From a virus (taxonomy: Duplodnaviria > Caudoviricetes): a stretch of DNA of 64,000 nucleotides. The position numbers and the translations under genes were made by a program. The notes beneath the pieces were generated by a model. It was not told where the DNA came from and did not search any database. It saw only the letters and a program-made list of their open reading frames with translations. The stretch covers positions 21,950-85,949 of the IMG/VR virus record IMGVR_UViG_3300037067_009025; one strand, given 5' to 3'. Below are positions 9,823-19,061 of this stretch, piece by piece (within the stretch, counting starts at the first letter, position 1; each line of letters starts with the position of its first letter).

Positions 9823-10209
9823 TTACGTGTCAGACTGCTTGGACAAGATAACTCTCGCCTTGACCACATCACCCTGACGGGACGTGACTGTATATTGAAC
9901 CACGACGCAATTTGTATACGTCGCAGCAGGAATACCACCTGCACGATAACCCGCAAGCAATTCAACTGTGACAGGCTGACCATTCTGAGCAATCGTGTCA
10001 ATAGCATAAGTGCTATCGGCCTTATACTCAGCAGAGTCAACAGTAATCGTCAATTCACTGTTGCCGTGGGCAACGTAAATCGGATACTGTCTGTCAGCAG
10101 CGAAGTGTTTAATCGGGTTGAAATCATAATCAACTTCGATACCTTCGCAATATGCGATTTCGTGGGTGCCGATGAGAATACGGCCCACATTCGCTTTTAA
10201 ATCAGGCAT
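9823..10209 (-). CDS. Putative tail-tube-fold protein
   Basis: 128 aa from MPDLKANVG; beta-strand pattern resembling tube proteins; unusual position upstream of the protease. Confidence 0.4.
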   Translation of the reverse strand: MPDLKANVGRILIGTHEIAYCEGIEVDYDFNPIKHFAADRQYPIYVAHGNSELTITVDSAEYKADSTYAIDTIAQNGQPVTVELLAGYRAGGIPAATYTNCVVVQYTVTSRQGDVVKARVILSKQSDT

Positions 10210-10319
10210 TTTAGTTTCCTCCTTGAATTTTAAACATCCACCCATTAAATACGAATTCACGGGTAAAATATTTACATTTTTCCACCATTTTCTTGACAAA
10301 ATTGGTCGTCGCTACCAAC

Positions 10320-10568
10320 TTAAATGGTGTCTTTCTGAGTCAACAATTTTGAAGCCTTCCAGGTTCCACTGACCTCCTCAGCTATTACGAGATAGGTCTT
10401 ATTTCCCGAGAAATTGAGATTCAATTCTAAAAAATAAACCCCAGTGGAATCCCACTCGTCAGCAAGCTGATTTAAAATTTCGGCTCCTGTATTACTGTAA
10501 ACTTTGAACCTAACTTGCTGCCCTGTCACGTAATTTTTGGAGGCAAATGTCGGTCTAACTTTCGGCAT
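10320..10568 (-). CDS. Hypothetical protein
   Basis: 82 aa ORF in operon orientation. Confidence 0.5.
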   Translation of the reverse strand: MPKVRPTFASKNYVTGQQVRFKVYSNTGAEILNQLADEWDSTGVYFLELNLNFSGNKTYLVIAEEVSGTWKASKLLTQKDTI

Positions 10569-10594
10569 TTTGCACCCCCAAATTTTTTCTTAGC

Positions 10595-11101
10595 TTATGC
10601 GAAATATCCGCCTGGTTTGATTTCGGCATCAATACCATCCACAGAATCTTGAATATCCTGTAATGATTGAGCCGTATTCGTTGGCAAATTATCCGTCTTG
10701 GCCTTAACGGCATCAACGTTTGCGTCCACAGTGTCTACTTTTCCTTCAACTGTATTTACCGATGTTTGAACCGCATCCACTTTTCCGTCAACGGTATCAA
10801 CCTTTGACTCGATGGAAGCAGTTTGAGATTTTACATCATCCACATCAGCAGCGGTAACTTTAACGGTGCGAACTGCACGGTCACCATTAACGACAGAAGA
10901 AACTTTCTCCTGCCAAAGACCAACCACGTCTGGTGTATATTCAAATGTATAAATCCCGTCGCCCTGTTCAGTAACCGTAGGGGCTGGTGATAAGGTGCTC
11001 CCATCAGGTTTACGAACAGCAACAACAAAATCGGAAACACCCGTGTTAAATTCCACGGCAACGTAGGCCACCTTGCGTAATTTGTTTATGGTAGCTTCCA
11101 T
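10595..11101 (-). CDS. Putative virion protein (beta-rich N-terminus plus heptad repeats)
   Basis: Repeated VDTVDGK/VDAVQTS/VNTVEGK/VDTVDAN heptads suggest a trimeric coiled coil. Confidence 0.5.
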   Translation of the reverse strand: MEATINKLRKVAYVAVEFNTGVSDFVVAVRKPDGSTLSPAPTVTEQGDGIYTFEYTPDVVGLWQEKVSSVVNGDRAVRTVKVTAADVDDVKSQTASIESKVDTVDGKVDAVQTSVNTVEGKVDTVDANVDAVKAKTDNLPTNTAQSLQDIQDSVDGIDAEIKPGGYFA

Positions 11102-11240
11102 GTTTCTATCTCCATTTCATTTTAGGCGAAGTGTCCGCCATTTGGTTTGTGATTATTTTCGTCGCTAAAATAACCACCCTTAATAAGTTCCAAAAATTTA
11201 ATTTTGATAACTTCAATAATTCTCCGAGCAGTCTTCCACA

Positions 11241-11504
11241 TTATTTTTCTCCTCGGATATAATAATACAACTGAATAGTAGACGCCACAGCTTTAATTTC
11301 AATCTCAACACACGGCATCTCATCAGACATTTCAACGTAAGGAAATCCATGAATCCACGGGCCCCAGATTTCCATACAGCGCATTCTCACCAAATAATTT
11401 CCATCCTCAGTATAAAATGCAAATTTCTTAATGTCAAAGGACGGCTTTAATTTGATACCCGTGGTATTTACTGAAACCGAATCAGAAAGGTAATGCGTTT
11501 GCAT
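11241..11504 (-). CDS. Hypothetical protein
   Basis: 87 aa ORF with AAGGAGG RBS. Confidence 0.55.
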   Translation of the reverse strand: MQTHYLSDSVSVNTTGIKLKPSFDIKKFAFYTEDGNYLVRMRCMEIWGPWIHGFPYVEMSDEMPCVEIEIKAVASTIQLYYYIRGEK

Positions 11505-11513
11505 ATACCCTCC

Positions 11514-11681
11514 TTATCGAGTCAAATAATTTTCCGCAGTCAAATAACTCGCAGGATATTGTTTCTTGCACATGTTACAAATAGCCCCAATGACTTTTCC
11601 AGACTTATCACAAATAGGAATCATTGTGCCACAGCACGAAATTTTCTTTTCACTTTTTCTTTGCGGTCTACGATAATTCAC
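11514..11681 (-). CDS. Small Cys-rich hypothetical protein (55 aa, not in ORF track)
   Basis: GTG start; MNYRRPQRK..CCG...C..CKK; fills the gap between neighbouring genes. Confidence 0.4.
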   Translation of the reverse strand: MNYRRPQRKSEKKISCCGTMIPICDKSGKVIGAICNMCKKQYPASYLTAENYLTR

Positions 11682-11689
11682 GGCACACC

Positions 11690-11974
11690 TTATTTCTTGG
11701 CTGCAACTCTCTTCGTCTTAGAACTGCGCCCAATTTTCAGAGCACCTTTGACGTAAGACATGTCTTCAGCCAGTGAACCAACTTTTTCTCTCAAACCTTT
11801 TTGCTCGTCGGAGAGATTTTTAATATTTTCATTCACATGATGCAAATCGTTTGTCATAATTTTGTGGAATGCCAAACGGTTCGCCACAAAAACAACAATG
11901 ATGCCCACAAAATTGAGGACACCAATAACACCCGCTACGACCGCAAAAATATTTTTTAATGATTCAAGTTCCAT
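11690..11974 (-). CDS. Membrane-anchored coiled-coil protein (holin/XhlA-like)
   Basis: One N-terminal TM helix, coiled coil, basic C-terminus; start reassigned to MELESLK. Confidence 0.4.
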   Translation of the reverse strand: MELESLKNIFAVVAGVIGVLNFVGIIVVFVANRLAFHKIMTNDLHHVNENIKNLSDEQKGLREKVGSLAEDMSYVKGALKIGRSSKTKRVAAKK

Positions 11975-11990
11975 TTTGAAACCTCCCCGA

Positions 11991-12494
11991 TTACGCTTCG
12001 TCGTATTGAATAATGTAATCAATGGCGTATTCACCGATGGAGGCTGTATTGATTACTTCAAGTTGGAAAACCAGCCACGAAGTATAATCTCCGATATTGA
12101 CCAGTTCACCATCCATAGAAATCGAATCATTCTCCGCAATATAATCGGTAAAAGAGACACGAGTGCCTTGAGCAGATTCTGTATCCACGGGCTGTTGATA
12201 GGTATTGACCACGGTGGAATTCACCTTGATTGTGAATCCAGGAGTGGGCATTCCCGAAACATACCAGGCTTTAAAGTTGTTGCAGAAATTTGCAGGGGCC
12301 ACATCACAACGACAACGAATCCAGGTCTCGAAAGAATAGGTCGTCCCAGTGTTCGGAATACGAACAGGATAATCCAATTTATCCACGATACCATCATCAA
12401 TGGAGATGAGGTTGGAAATATTTTTGGCGACCTCCCCGAAATAACTTGCAGAGGCCCAGCCGTAATTTTGAACGACAGCAATTGTGGCAGCCAT
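11991..12494 (-). CDS. Putative structural protein
   Basis: 167 aa, beta-rich, in the virion operon. Confidence 0.45.
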   Translation of the reverse strand: MAATIAVVQNYGWASASYFGEVAKNISNLISIDDGIVDKLDYPVRIPNTGTTYSFETWIRCRCDVAPANFCNNFKAWYVSGMPTPGFTIKVNSTVVNTYQQPVDTESAQGTRVSFTDYIAENDSISMDGELVNIGDYTSWLVFQLEVINTASIGEYAIDYIIQYDEA

Positions 12495-12495
12495 T

Positions 12496-12834
12496 TTATT
12501 TTCTCTCTTTCAAAGGTTCTACATTCGGCTCGATATAATCACCGTCAGGAGAAATCCAATGACGGTCATCAGTTCCATCGGCACGAACACGGCCAATACA
12601 AATTCTATAAACGTAATGGGCAACAACAATGCCCTTACTGAGTCGCATTCTTTTTCGCTGAAAATAAAAAACTTTGTCGCCTGGTTCCACATCAAATTCA
12701 CGAACCTCTACGCCATTCACGATGCGACCACGGCCAGCTATTAAAAAACTAAAAGGTGCCTCTACATGCTGCAAACTTTCCAGCGGGAGCACCAGTTGAT
12801 TTTTCAAAACACAAATCGGAGATTTCTTATCCAT
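12496..12834 (-). CDS. GroES-like co-chaperonin
   Basis: IAGRGRIVNGVEVREFDVEPGDKVFY resembles GroES AVG.G..L.NG.....VKVGDKVLF. Confidence 0.45.
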   Translation of the reverse strand: MDKKSPICVLKNQLVLPLESLQHVEAPFSFLIAGRGRIVNGVEVREFDVEPGDKVFYFQRKRMRLSKGIVVAHYVYRICIGRVRADGTDDRHWISPDGDYIEPNVEPLKERK

Positions 12835-13021
12835 TGAGATTCTCCTTAGAAACAATTTTTAAAAGGTCACGGAGCTTCTGTTCACCCTGCAACAGAAAAT
12901 ATTTTGCTTCTGAAAACAAAATCATGGCGTCACGATTTTTCGTGGACACCTTGAGTAAATAGTCGTTGATTTTTTTCTGTGCTTCGAGATAACGAGAAAC
13001 ACGCTCGGGATTTAATCGCAT
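12827..13021 (-). CDS. Hypothetical protein
   Basis: 64 aa, overlaps neighbours in operon fashion. Confidence 0.5.
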   Translation of the reverse strand: MRLNPERVSRYLEAQKKINDYLLKVSTKNRDAMILFSEAKYFLLQGEQKLRDLLKIVSKENLNG

Positions 13022-13233
13022 TTTTTTAACCTCTCATCACTGTTCATTGCCTCACCGAACTGATTCAAGACCACCAGGAGCTTATCAACCAAAATATCCC
13101 GAGAGACATGTGGAACAGGAATCTGTTCCTCGTTCGAGATTGCGGGGCCGTCCAAAGACATCACATGCGTTTGAAGCAACCCATAAAGCAAATTTTGATA
13201 TTCCTGTGCTAAGGTCAATTTATCAGCGGACAT
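13012..13233 (-). CDS. Hypothetical protein (first gene of the leftward operon)
   Basis: 73 aa with GAGG RBS. Confidence 0.5.
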   Translation of the reverse strand: MSADKLTLAQEYQNLLYGLLQTHVMSLDGPAISNEEQIPVPHVSRDILVDKLLVVLNQFGEAMNSDERLKKCD

Positions 13234-13361
13234 GGTATCCTCACAATTTGAATCTTACATACTTAAATACGAATAACTGGGTAAAATATCATAGATTTTA
13301 GGCCAATAACCGAGGAAATACTCCCGCATTTTTATGCAAAAATGCAATAGTTAATCTGTGA

Positions 13362-13475
13362 CAGGACTGTATTACAGTCCTGGAACTGATTAACTACATA
13401 CTGGTTACAGACCTGTCCTGTATTACAGAACTGTCCTGTATACAGACTGTATTACAGTTCTGTAACTGTATACAG
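13362..13475. repeat. Cluster of five CTGTA(T)TACAG palindromes
   Basis: CTGTATTACAG at 13367, 13418, 13447; CTGTATACAG at 13436, 13466; the first lies in a 21-bp inverted repeat (13362-13382). Confidence 0.85.
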
Positions 13476-13649
13476 GCCGAGTCCAGGGGGTTTAAGAAAA
13501 GACGGGAAAGTAAACCGTGGGTTGACCAAAACCGCACTAAATAAACTCGGGCCCTCTTTCTCTTCTTAAAGGCTGGACTCACTCCCCTCCGCTTTCAGCA
13601 TTCGCTGAAACTCGGAGCGGGGCTGGAACAGTTCCTGGCTTAACCCTAA

Positions 13650-13711
13650 TTGTATGCTATCGTGCAACATATTGTAGGGAATCATACAATTCCTTGTATG
13701 GATTCATACAA
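13650..13711. repeat. TTGTATG/CATACAA inverted repeats (x4)
   Basis: Copies at 13650, 13683, 13694, 13705 in alternating orientation. Confidence 0.6.
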
Positions 13712-14268
13712 CCAGGGTGCATGAATTTTAAATGAGGTTCCATGCAAAAGCTCTGCCAAACGAGTGGCAAGGCTCGACGAGGAATGGTCTAAAAAGTCTG
13801 CCATCCCGTCTTGGACTCTCACAAATATGGAGCTTTTCTGTGCCAGGAAATTTTCCCAGGATTTTTTGGAAAAGTCCTGGATGGATACCCGAGGTCAGGT
13901 CGCAAATGTCCACCAGCCACAGGACATTTCTCGGGAGTGGACTATTTGTTCATTACTTGGTGAACATTCCAGTTGACAACTTGTTGACGACTTCAAAATT
14001 CCATTACTGGCAAAAGTTGTTCACAAAAATTCCAGTGCACATAGTGGGGCTATGGAAAACAGAGACTTTTCAAACTGGCCAAATTTTTTTCAGTATTTTG
14101 GAACAGGGCGCACCAGTAAGGGAGAGGGTCAGGTCGGGATTTGTCCCGAGCCTGGGACTATCCCTTTCAGGAAATTTGACTTTTCCCAGGGGCTCTGTGG
14201 TTGAGCGTAGAAACAAGTGCCTACTGAAAGAAAACGCTTTCCCAGGTCATGGGGCCCCTTTAAATTAT

Positions 14269-14306
14269 ACTTATATTATAACATATACTTATATATAGAC
14301 TTATAT
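14269..14306. repeat. AT-rich tract with three ACTTATAT repeats
   Basis: ACTTATAT at 14269, 14287, 14299 inside otherwise GC-rich DNA. Confidence 0.6.
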
Positions 14307-14670
14307 AAGGCCCTGCCCTTGAAAGAATAAAAAGCCCATGCTTTCCCAGCCTTTGGGCTGGCCTTGTGCTTTCCTGTTATTCTTTGGCCGTCCCTGGGCT
14401 GGGGCGGGTCACGTTTTGCCCCTGTTATCTTCTGGCCGTGAAGGGGTGAACCTTTGGGACTATTGGCAGACCTTCAGGGATTGCCAGCCTTTGGGGCCTG
14501 GCTGGGGCTGGCTGGTGTTATCCCTGGGCCTTTGGCCTTTGGTGCCAGGTCACGGGGTCAAGGTCAAGGGCTGGCCGTGTGCTGGGCCTATGGCCTGGGC
14601 CTGGGGTGCTGGGCTGCTATCCCCTGGCCTGGCCCTTTAAGCACGTGTTAAAATATCTTTGGCCGTGCCC

Positions 14671-14699
14671 TTGACAATTCAAAAGCGGGGTGCTATATT
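14671..14699 (+). promoter_or_regulatory. Sigma70-type early promoter
   Basis: TTGACA-17-TATATT with TGn. Confidence 0.75.
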
Positions 14700-14723
14700 T
14701 TAATCAGAAGGGAGGGCCGAACG

Positions 14724-14885
14724 ATGAAAAGCCAAAGCGAACAAAGAAGGCAGGAAGCGGAAAGAATACTGGAAGGGATAGAAAAAAGCGGGCGGGTTTA
14801 CTGGCTGGCCGTCTTAGTTAAAAGCGGGGCCCTTCTGGCAAGTGAAGCGGGTTATATGCTTTTGAATTGGGAGGGTTTAAAATGA
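14724..14885 (+). CDS. Small early protein (53 aa, not in ORF track)
   Basis: AGGGAGGG RBS, ATG at 14724; stop overlaps the next start (ATGA). Confidence 0.6.
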   Translation: MKSQSEQRRQEAERILEGIEKSGRVYWLAVLVKSGALLASEAGYMLLNWEGLK

Positions 14886-15103
14886 TTCCATTATTCAAAA
14901 ACACTGAAGAGGCTTTAAAATACGGGGCCAGCATAGCGGGAAACGCTGAAGCCCTGGCAGAACTGAAGGCAGAACGGGCCCGCCTTGTCCTGGAAGGGCG
15001 CAAACTGCAAGAGGCTGAAGACTGGGCGGGAGCCCTGGCCCTGGCAAGCGGTCAAAGTCAATTCACACGGGAAGCCCTGGAAGCTGCGGGGCTTAAAGGA
15101 TAA
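14882..15103 (+). CDS. Small early hypothetical protein
   Basis: TGGGAGGG RBS; start reassigned to MIPLFK. Confidence 0.6.
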   Translation: MIPLFKNTEEALKYGASIAGNAEALAELKAERARLVLEGRKLQEAEDWAGALALASGQSQFTREALEAAGLKG

Positions 15104-15131
15104 ACACACCACAAACAAGGGAGGGTTAAAA

Positions 15132-15473
15132 ATGGAACACGTCAAGCGCATTGCAAACCAAAAAGCACATGAACACGTTTCACGGCGGGAACCGTTCAAA
15201 GGGTCAAACCTTTACGCCGAATATAGAACGGTGAAACAAGATTCTTTCAGGGAGGCAATCAGGGAGGCTTTAGGGGAACCGCTGGAAGTTTACGCCGTCT
15301 TTTCATACGGTGAACACTTTCCCATTTATGCCTTTAAGGCGGGCCAGTGGTTCAGGAATAAGGATAAATACAGCGTGACCACTTCAAAACATCAAAGCCA
15401 GGCCAGGCCCTGGGACGTGTCACACTTTACAGACCTTGACACGGACGGAATAAAAGCGGTTTGCGGTCTTTAA
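15132..15473 (+). CDS. Conserved-looking phage hypothetical protein
   Basis: GGGAGGG RBS; EPFKGSNL, VFSYGEHFPIY, KYSVTTSKHQSQARP motifs. Confidence 0.65.
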   Translation: MEHVKRIANQKAHEHVSRREPFKGSNLYAEYRTVKQDSFREAIREALGEPLEVYAVFSYGEHFPIYAFKAGQWFRNKDKYSVTTSKHQSQARPWDVSHFTDLDTDGIKAVCGL

Positions 15474-15500
15474 CTTTAACCTTTAAAGGGAGGTCTTAAC

Positions 15501-15725
15501 ATGGAAAAAACTTTCAAAGCTGAAACGGTTCAAGTCTGCAAAGTGGCCCGCCGTTTAGGGGTCATTGCCGAAAAGAAAACCCTTTGCCCTGGCTGCGGGA
15601 AAGTAAAACACTATGAAGCCCTGGCCTTTGAACTGCGGGCCCTTGAGGGCAGAATTAAAGAGGTGAACACACCCAAAGCGGACGGGCTGGAATGGTGCCA
15701 GGATTGCCAGGGCGGGAGGGGATAA
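15501..15725 (+). CDS. Small Zn-finger-like early protein
   Basis: AGGGAGG RBS; CPGC...CQDC. Confidence 0.6.
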   Translation: MEKTFKAETVQVCKVARRLGVIAEKKTLCPGCGKVKHYEALAFELRALEGRIKEVNTPKADGLEWCQDCQGGRG

Positions 15726-15726
15726 G

Positions 15727-15921
15727 ATGAAAGAATTCCTTTTCATGCTTTGGCAGATTTTTAAAGTGGGCCTGGTCTGTATAATCTGGGCCCTGGGGCT
15801 GGTAGTCAATGCCTGGGCCCTGGCCCTTTGCGCCCTTGTGGGGATTATAGGCTTAACAGTGGCCTTTTTTGGGTCACTGATTTTTTTCAATATTATCATT
15901 CTTGCAATGGGTTTAAAGTAA
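15727..15921 (+). CDS. Small membrane protein
   Basis: 64 aa, almost entirely hydrophobic; GGGAGGGG RBS. Confidence 0.55.
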   Translation: MKEFLFMLWQIFKVGLVCIIWALGLVVNAWALALCALVGIIGLTVAFFGSLIFFNIIILAMGLK

Positions 15922-15974
15922 ATTGTCATAACTTTGACACGTGTTAAGTCTTAGGACAAAAGGGAGGTCATAAA

Positions 15975-16229
15975 ATGGAACTTTGCACACACGGCAAACC
16001 GATAACGGGCTATTGCCAGCCCTGCGCCCAGGCCATAGACGGCGGGGACAATATGCTTTTAATGGTCAAGATTCGGGAAGTATACGGGAATAAAAGGGTT
16101 TATGTTCAATCCTTCCAGGCTGGGGCTTTAAAGGCTTTGACTGGACGGGAAACCTTGACGGATTCAGATATAAAGGCACTTAAAAGCCTGGGTTATTCCT
16201 TCCAGGTGCTGGGGAATAGTATTTTATAG
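15975..16229 (+). CDS. Small early hypothetical protein
   Basis: AGGGAGG RBS, 84 aa. Confidence 0.6.
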   Translation: MELCTHGKPITGYCQPCAQAIDGGDNMLLMVKIREVYGNKRVYVQSFQAGALKALTGRETLTDSDIKALKSLGYSFQVLGNSIL

Positions 16230-16421
16230 GGTTTTACGGGGCAAGGAATAGGAAAGAATGAGGCGGGGAACACGTCCCGCCCGCATAAACCCAGCCCCTG
16301 GGCTATTCTTTCCAGTCCCCTATAGTCAAATAACCCTTTAAAACCCTGGTTTTCTTTATCCTATATACTGGGGCAAGCTGGGGACTTATTCACGGACTTT
16401 TTAACCTGGGAGGGCTTAACT

Positions 16422-16595
16422 ATGGCAAGGCAATCTTTAACGGAATTCATAAGGGCCAATAGGGCCGAACTTGACGGGGCCATAAAGCGGGCAGTCCCGA
16501 ACATTGGCAGCCTAAACGATTCAGACCGTAAAGACTGGGTTTTAAACGATGAAGGGCTTTACAATTGGGCCAGGTCTGAAGGGGTGAAGGTTTAA
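16422..16595 (+). CDS. Small early protein (57 aa, not in ORF track)
   Basis: CTGGGAGGG RBS; MARQSLTEFIRANRAELD...WVLNDEGLYNWARSEGV. Confidence 0.6.
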   Translation: MARQSLTEFIRANRAELDGAIKRAVPNIGSLNDSDRKDWVLNDEGLYNWARSEGVKV

Positions 16596-16628
16596 CCCTG
16601 GCCGTCTTTTAACAAGGGAGGCTTTACA

Positions 16629-16811
16629 ATGGAAGCGCAAAAAATGACACTGGCAGAAGCCAGGCAGATTTTAGGCAATCGGCCCCGCTGGGAACTTTTG
16701 CAGATAAAGCGGGCCTTGTCCATGCTGGAACTTTTGAACACCCCAGAAGAGGCCCAAAGGCTGGAAGCTGCAAGGCTTTTACTGGGTGCTATGCCTAAGC
16801 CCTGGGCCTAA
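16629..16811 (+). CDS. Small early hypothetical protein
   Basis: AGGGAGG RBS, 60 aa. Confidence 0.6.
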   Translation: MEAQKMTLAEARQILGNRPRWELLQIKRALSMLELLNTPEEAQRLEAARLLLGAMPKPWA

Positions 16812-16847
16812 GCCTGGGGAACCTTTAAACCGTGGGAGGGTCTTTTT

Positions 16848-17084
16848 ATGCGGTCTTTAATCGCTGGGGCCCTTGTGCTGGCCCTGGGCCTGGCCTTCAC
16901 TGGGCCAGCCTGGGCGGGCAAGGGCGGGAAGCTGAAAGCCTGCAATGATTCAAGCGGGCGGGTCTACTACGTGCCAAAAGCTGGGAGCGGGAAGGGGCTT
17001 TACTGGGGCAGCAGTCCGAAGACGGCCCAGCCCCTAAAAGACGGGCAGCGGGTTTATATCATACCAAAGCGGGGCAAGCGGTAA
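16848..17084 (+). CDS. Small exported protein
   Basis: TGGGAGGG RBS; signal peptide ending A-W-A; basic mature part. Confidence 0.55.
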   Translation: MRSLIAGALVLALGLAFTGPAWAGKGGKLKACNDSSGRVYYVPKAGSGKGLYWGSSPKTAQPLKDGQRVYIIPKRGKR

Positions 17085-17257
17085 AGCTGGCCCCTGGCTG
17101 GGAGGGGTGAACATGCGCTATTATGTCCTATTTTATGCGGGCCTTGTGGCCTTCTGGGTCTTCCTGGGCTGGCTGGTCTACGGGGCAGCCCTGCGGGCCG
17201 TGTCCCAGGCAATGGGCCAGGCTGGGGCCATGCTGGGGACTTTTTGAGCGGGTGACC

Positions 17258-17286
17258 TTGACACGCTGGGCCCTGGGTGTTATACT
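17258..17286 (+). promoter_or_regulatory. Sigma70-type promoter
   Basis: TTGACA-17-TATACT with TGn; no convincing ORF for about 740 nt downstream. Confidence 0.75.
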
Positions 17287-17950
17287 TGAAGGGGCGGGGC
17301 CCTGGGTGCCTGGGGTGTGCCTGGCAGCGGAAAGCGTTTTCCTGGGAAGCGTTTTCACGGGGACGGGGTGACTTTGGCCGAACCTTGAAGACGGGCCCCA
17401 GTGCTAAAGTGTCCAGTAAATGTCAAATTGATTTTAAGGGTTCAAACTGAAAATTGCCCCGCTGCAAAAGTGTATCAGTTTAAGGGTGTTTTAGGACTTT
17501 GACGTTTTGGCCGATTTTTCGCTTGTAGATTCAAAAACTGGGGATTTTTCTGGGGAAAATCTGGTATTTTCACAAGTGACCCGAAAACCCTTTGCCCCAG
17601 GTTATTCCAGCGTGTTTTTGCGGGTGTTTTTCGGCCCCTGGCGGGGCCCTGGCGGGCAGCTTTTAAACACCTGGCAGCATATTATAGGATGATGACGGGC
17701 CAAAGGCTGGGACAAAGCCCGTGACATTTAAGGCATAAAATTTTGATAATTTGATGACGTTTTCAGCATAAGGGCGGGCAGAATGCGGGACAAAGGCACG
17801 GACAAAAGGCGGGACAATTCGGGAGGGATTGAACGGTGAAAGCGTTTTCTCAAAAATCCATTCGGGCCAGCCTTCAGCAGAAGAGGTCAAGGGGCCCCAG
17901 AATTCCAGGGCCTGGCCCTGGCAGACTGAAAAATATTTTTTGCCTGGCCC

Positions 17951-17979
17951 TTGTTTTTTGGGCTGGGGTGTGCTATACT
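17951..17979 (+). promoter_or_regulatory. Extended -10 promoter for the AAA/VWA operon
   Basis: TTGTTT-17-TATACT with TGn. Confidence 0.6.
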
Positions 17980-18035
17980 TTATAATGCAATAGGGCAGCA
18001 CGAACAAACAAACCTTAAACCTGGGAGGGTTAAAA

Positions 18036-19031
18036 ATGACGCCGAAAAAATTACAAGAGATTTTAAAAGACGCCGTAAAGCACGGTGAACAATTGCTTAT
18101 CGTGGGCCCGCCTGGCATTGGCAAAACGGATATTGTCAAGGCGGTATGCAAGGACTTAGGGGCCGACATGATTATATCACACCCCGCCGTGTCCGACCCC
18201 ACGGACTACAAGGGTTTACCGTTCAAAGTGTCCGACAATTCACACGCCGAATTTTTGCCATTCGGGGAAACCTGGCGGGCTATTCAAGCGGACAAAGTGA
18301 CATTATGGTTTATTGATGACCTGGGCCAGGCTTCTGAAGCGGTTCAAAAAGCCCTTATGCAATTGCTTTTAGGGCGGAAGTTAAACGGTCACAAGTTAAG
18401 TGACAAAGTGGTTTTTTGCGGGGCCACTAATGACATAGGCCATAGGGCAGGTGTCACGGGACTTTTGGAACCCGTAAAATCCCGCTGGGATTCAATCGTG
18501 AACCTGGAACCGTCACTTGATGACTGGTGCACGTGGGCTTATGGCAATGGGCAGCCTGCGGAATTGATTGCATTCCTGCGGAACTGTCCCGAATTGCTTT
18601 CCCACTTTGAACCGACCAAAGCACTGATAAACCAGCCTTGTCCCAGAACGTGGGCCAGTGTTGGCCGTAGAATTGCCAGGAACCAGCAGGACTTTGACTT
18701 GATTGCTGGGGCCGTGGGGAAGGGTGCAGCCCAGGAACTTTTAGCATTCCTGGAACTGGCAGCAAAGGCCCCGTCCCTGGACGCTATCTTGATGAACCCG
18801 AAGACTGCGCCGATTCCTGAAAAGCCAGCCCTTCTTTATCTTGTGGCTGCGGGTTTGTCCCAGCGTGCTAAGAAGGATAATTTTAATCGTGTCTATCAAT
18901 ACCTTTTGAGGCTTCCCCAGTCATTCAGAACTATGGCAATCAAGGACGCTATCAATCGGGACAATTCCTTGACGGGCACGGACACTTTCACCGCTTATGT
19001 CACGTCTGCGGAAGGCAAAAGCATTTTATAA
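18036..19031 (+). CDS. MoxR/AAA_5-like AAA+ ATPase
   Basis: Walker A GPPGIGKT, Walker B WFIDD, sensor ATN, PCPRTW. Confidence 0.85.
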   Translation: MTPKKLQEILKDAVKHGEQLLIVGPPGIGKTDIVKAVCKDLGADMIISHPAVSDPTDYKGLPFKVSDNSHAEFLPFGETWRAIQADKVTLWFIDDLGQASEAVQKALMQLLLGRKLNGHKLSDKVVFCGATNDIGHRAGVTGLLEPVKSRWDSIVNLEPSLDDWCTWAYGNGQPAELIAFLRNCPELLSHFEPTKALINQPCPRTWASVGRRIARNQQDFDLIAGAVGKGAAQELLAFLELAAKAPSLDAILMNPKTAPIPEKPALLYLVAAGLSQRAKKDNFNRVYQYLLRLPQSFRTMAIKDAINRDNSLTGTDTFTAYVTSAEGKSIL

Positions 19032-19061
19032 ACCGTTTTGAAAACCTGGGAGGGTTTGAAC

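Noticed and set aside
11862-12641. 259-aa plus-strand ORF
   Set aside because: Antisense to three coherent minus-strand genes; no recognisable motif.
13362-13475. CRISPR array
   Set aside because: Repeats are 10-11 bp palindromes with irregular short gaps, there are no 25-40 nt unique spacers and no cas genes.
13732-14640. ORFs 13732-14298 and 14338-14640
   Set aside because: No RBS, composition reflects repeat or GC-run DNA, and they lie upstream of the first early promoter; treated as non-coding.
17663-18202. 179-aa minus-strand ORF
   Set aside because: Antisense to the AAA ATPase start and its promoter; no support.
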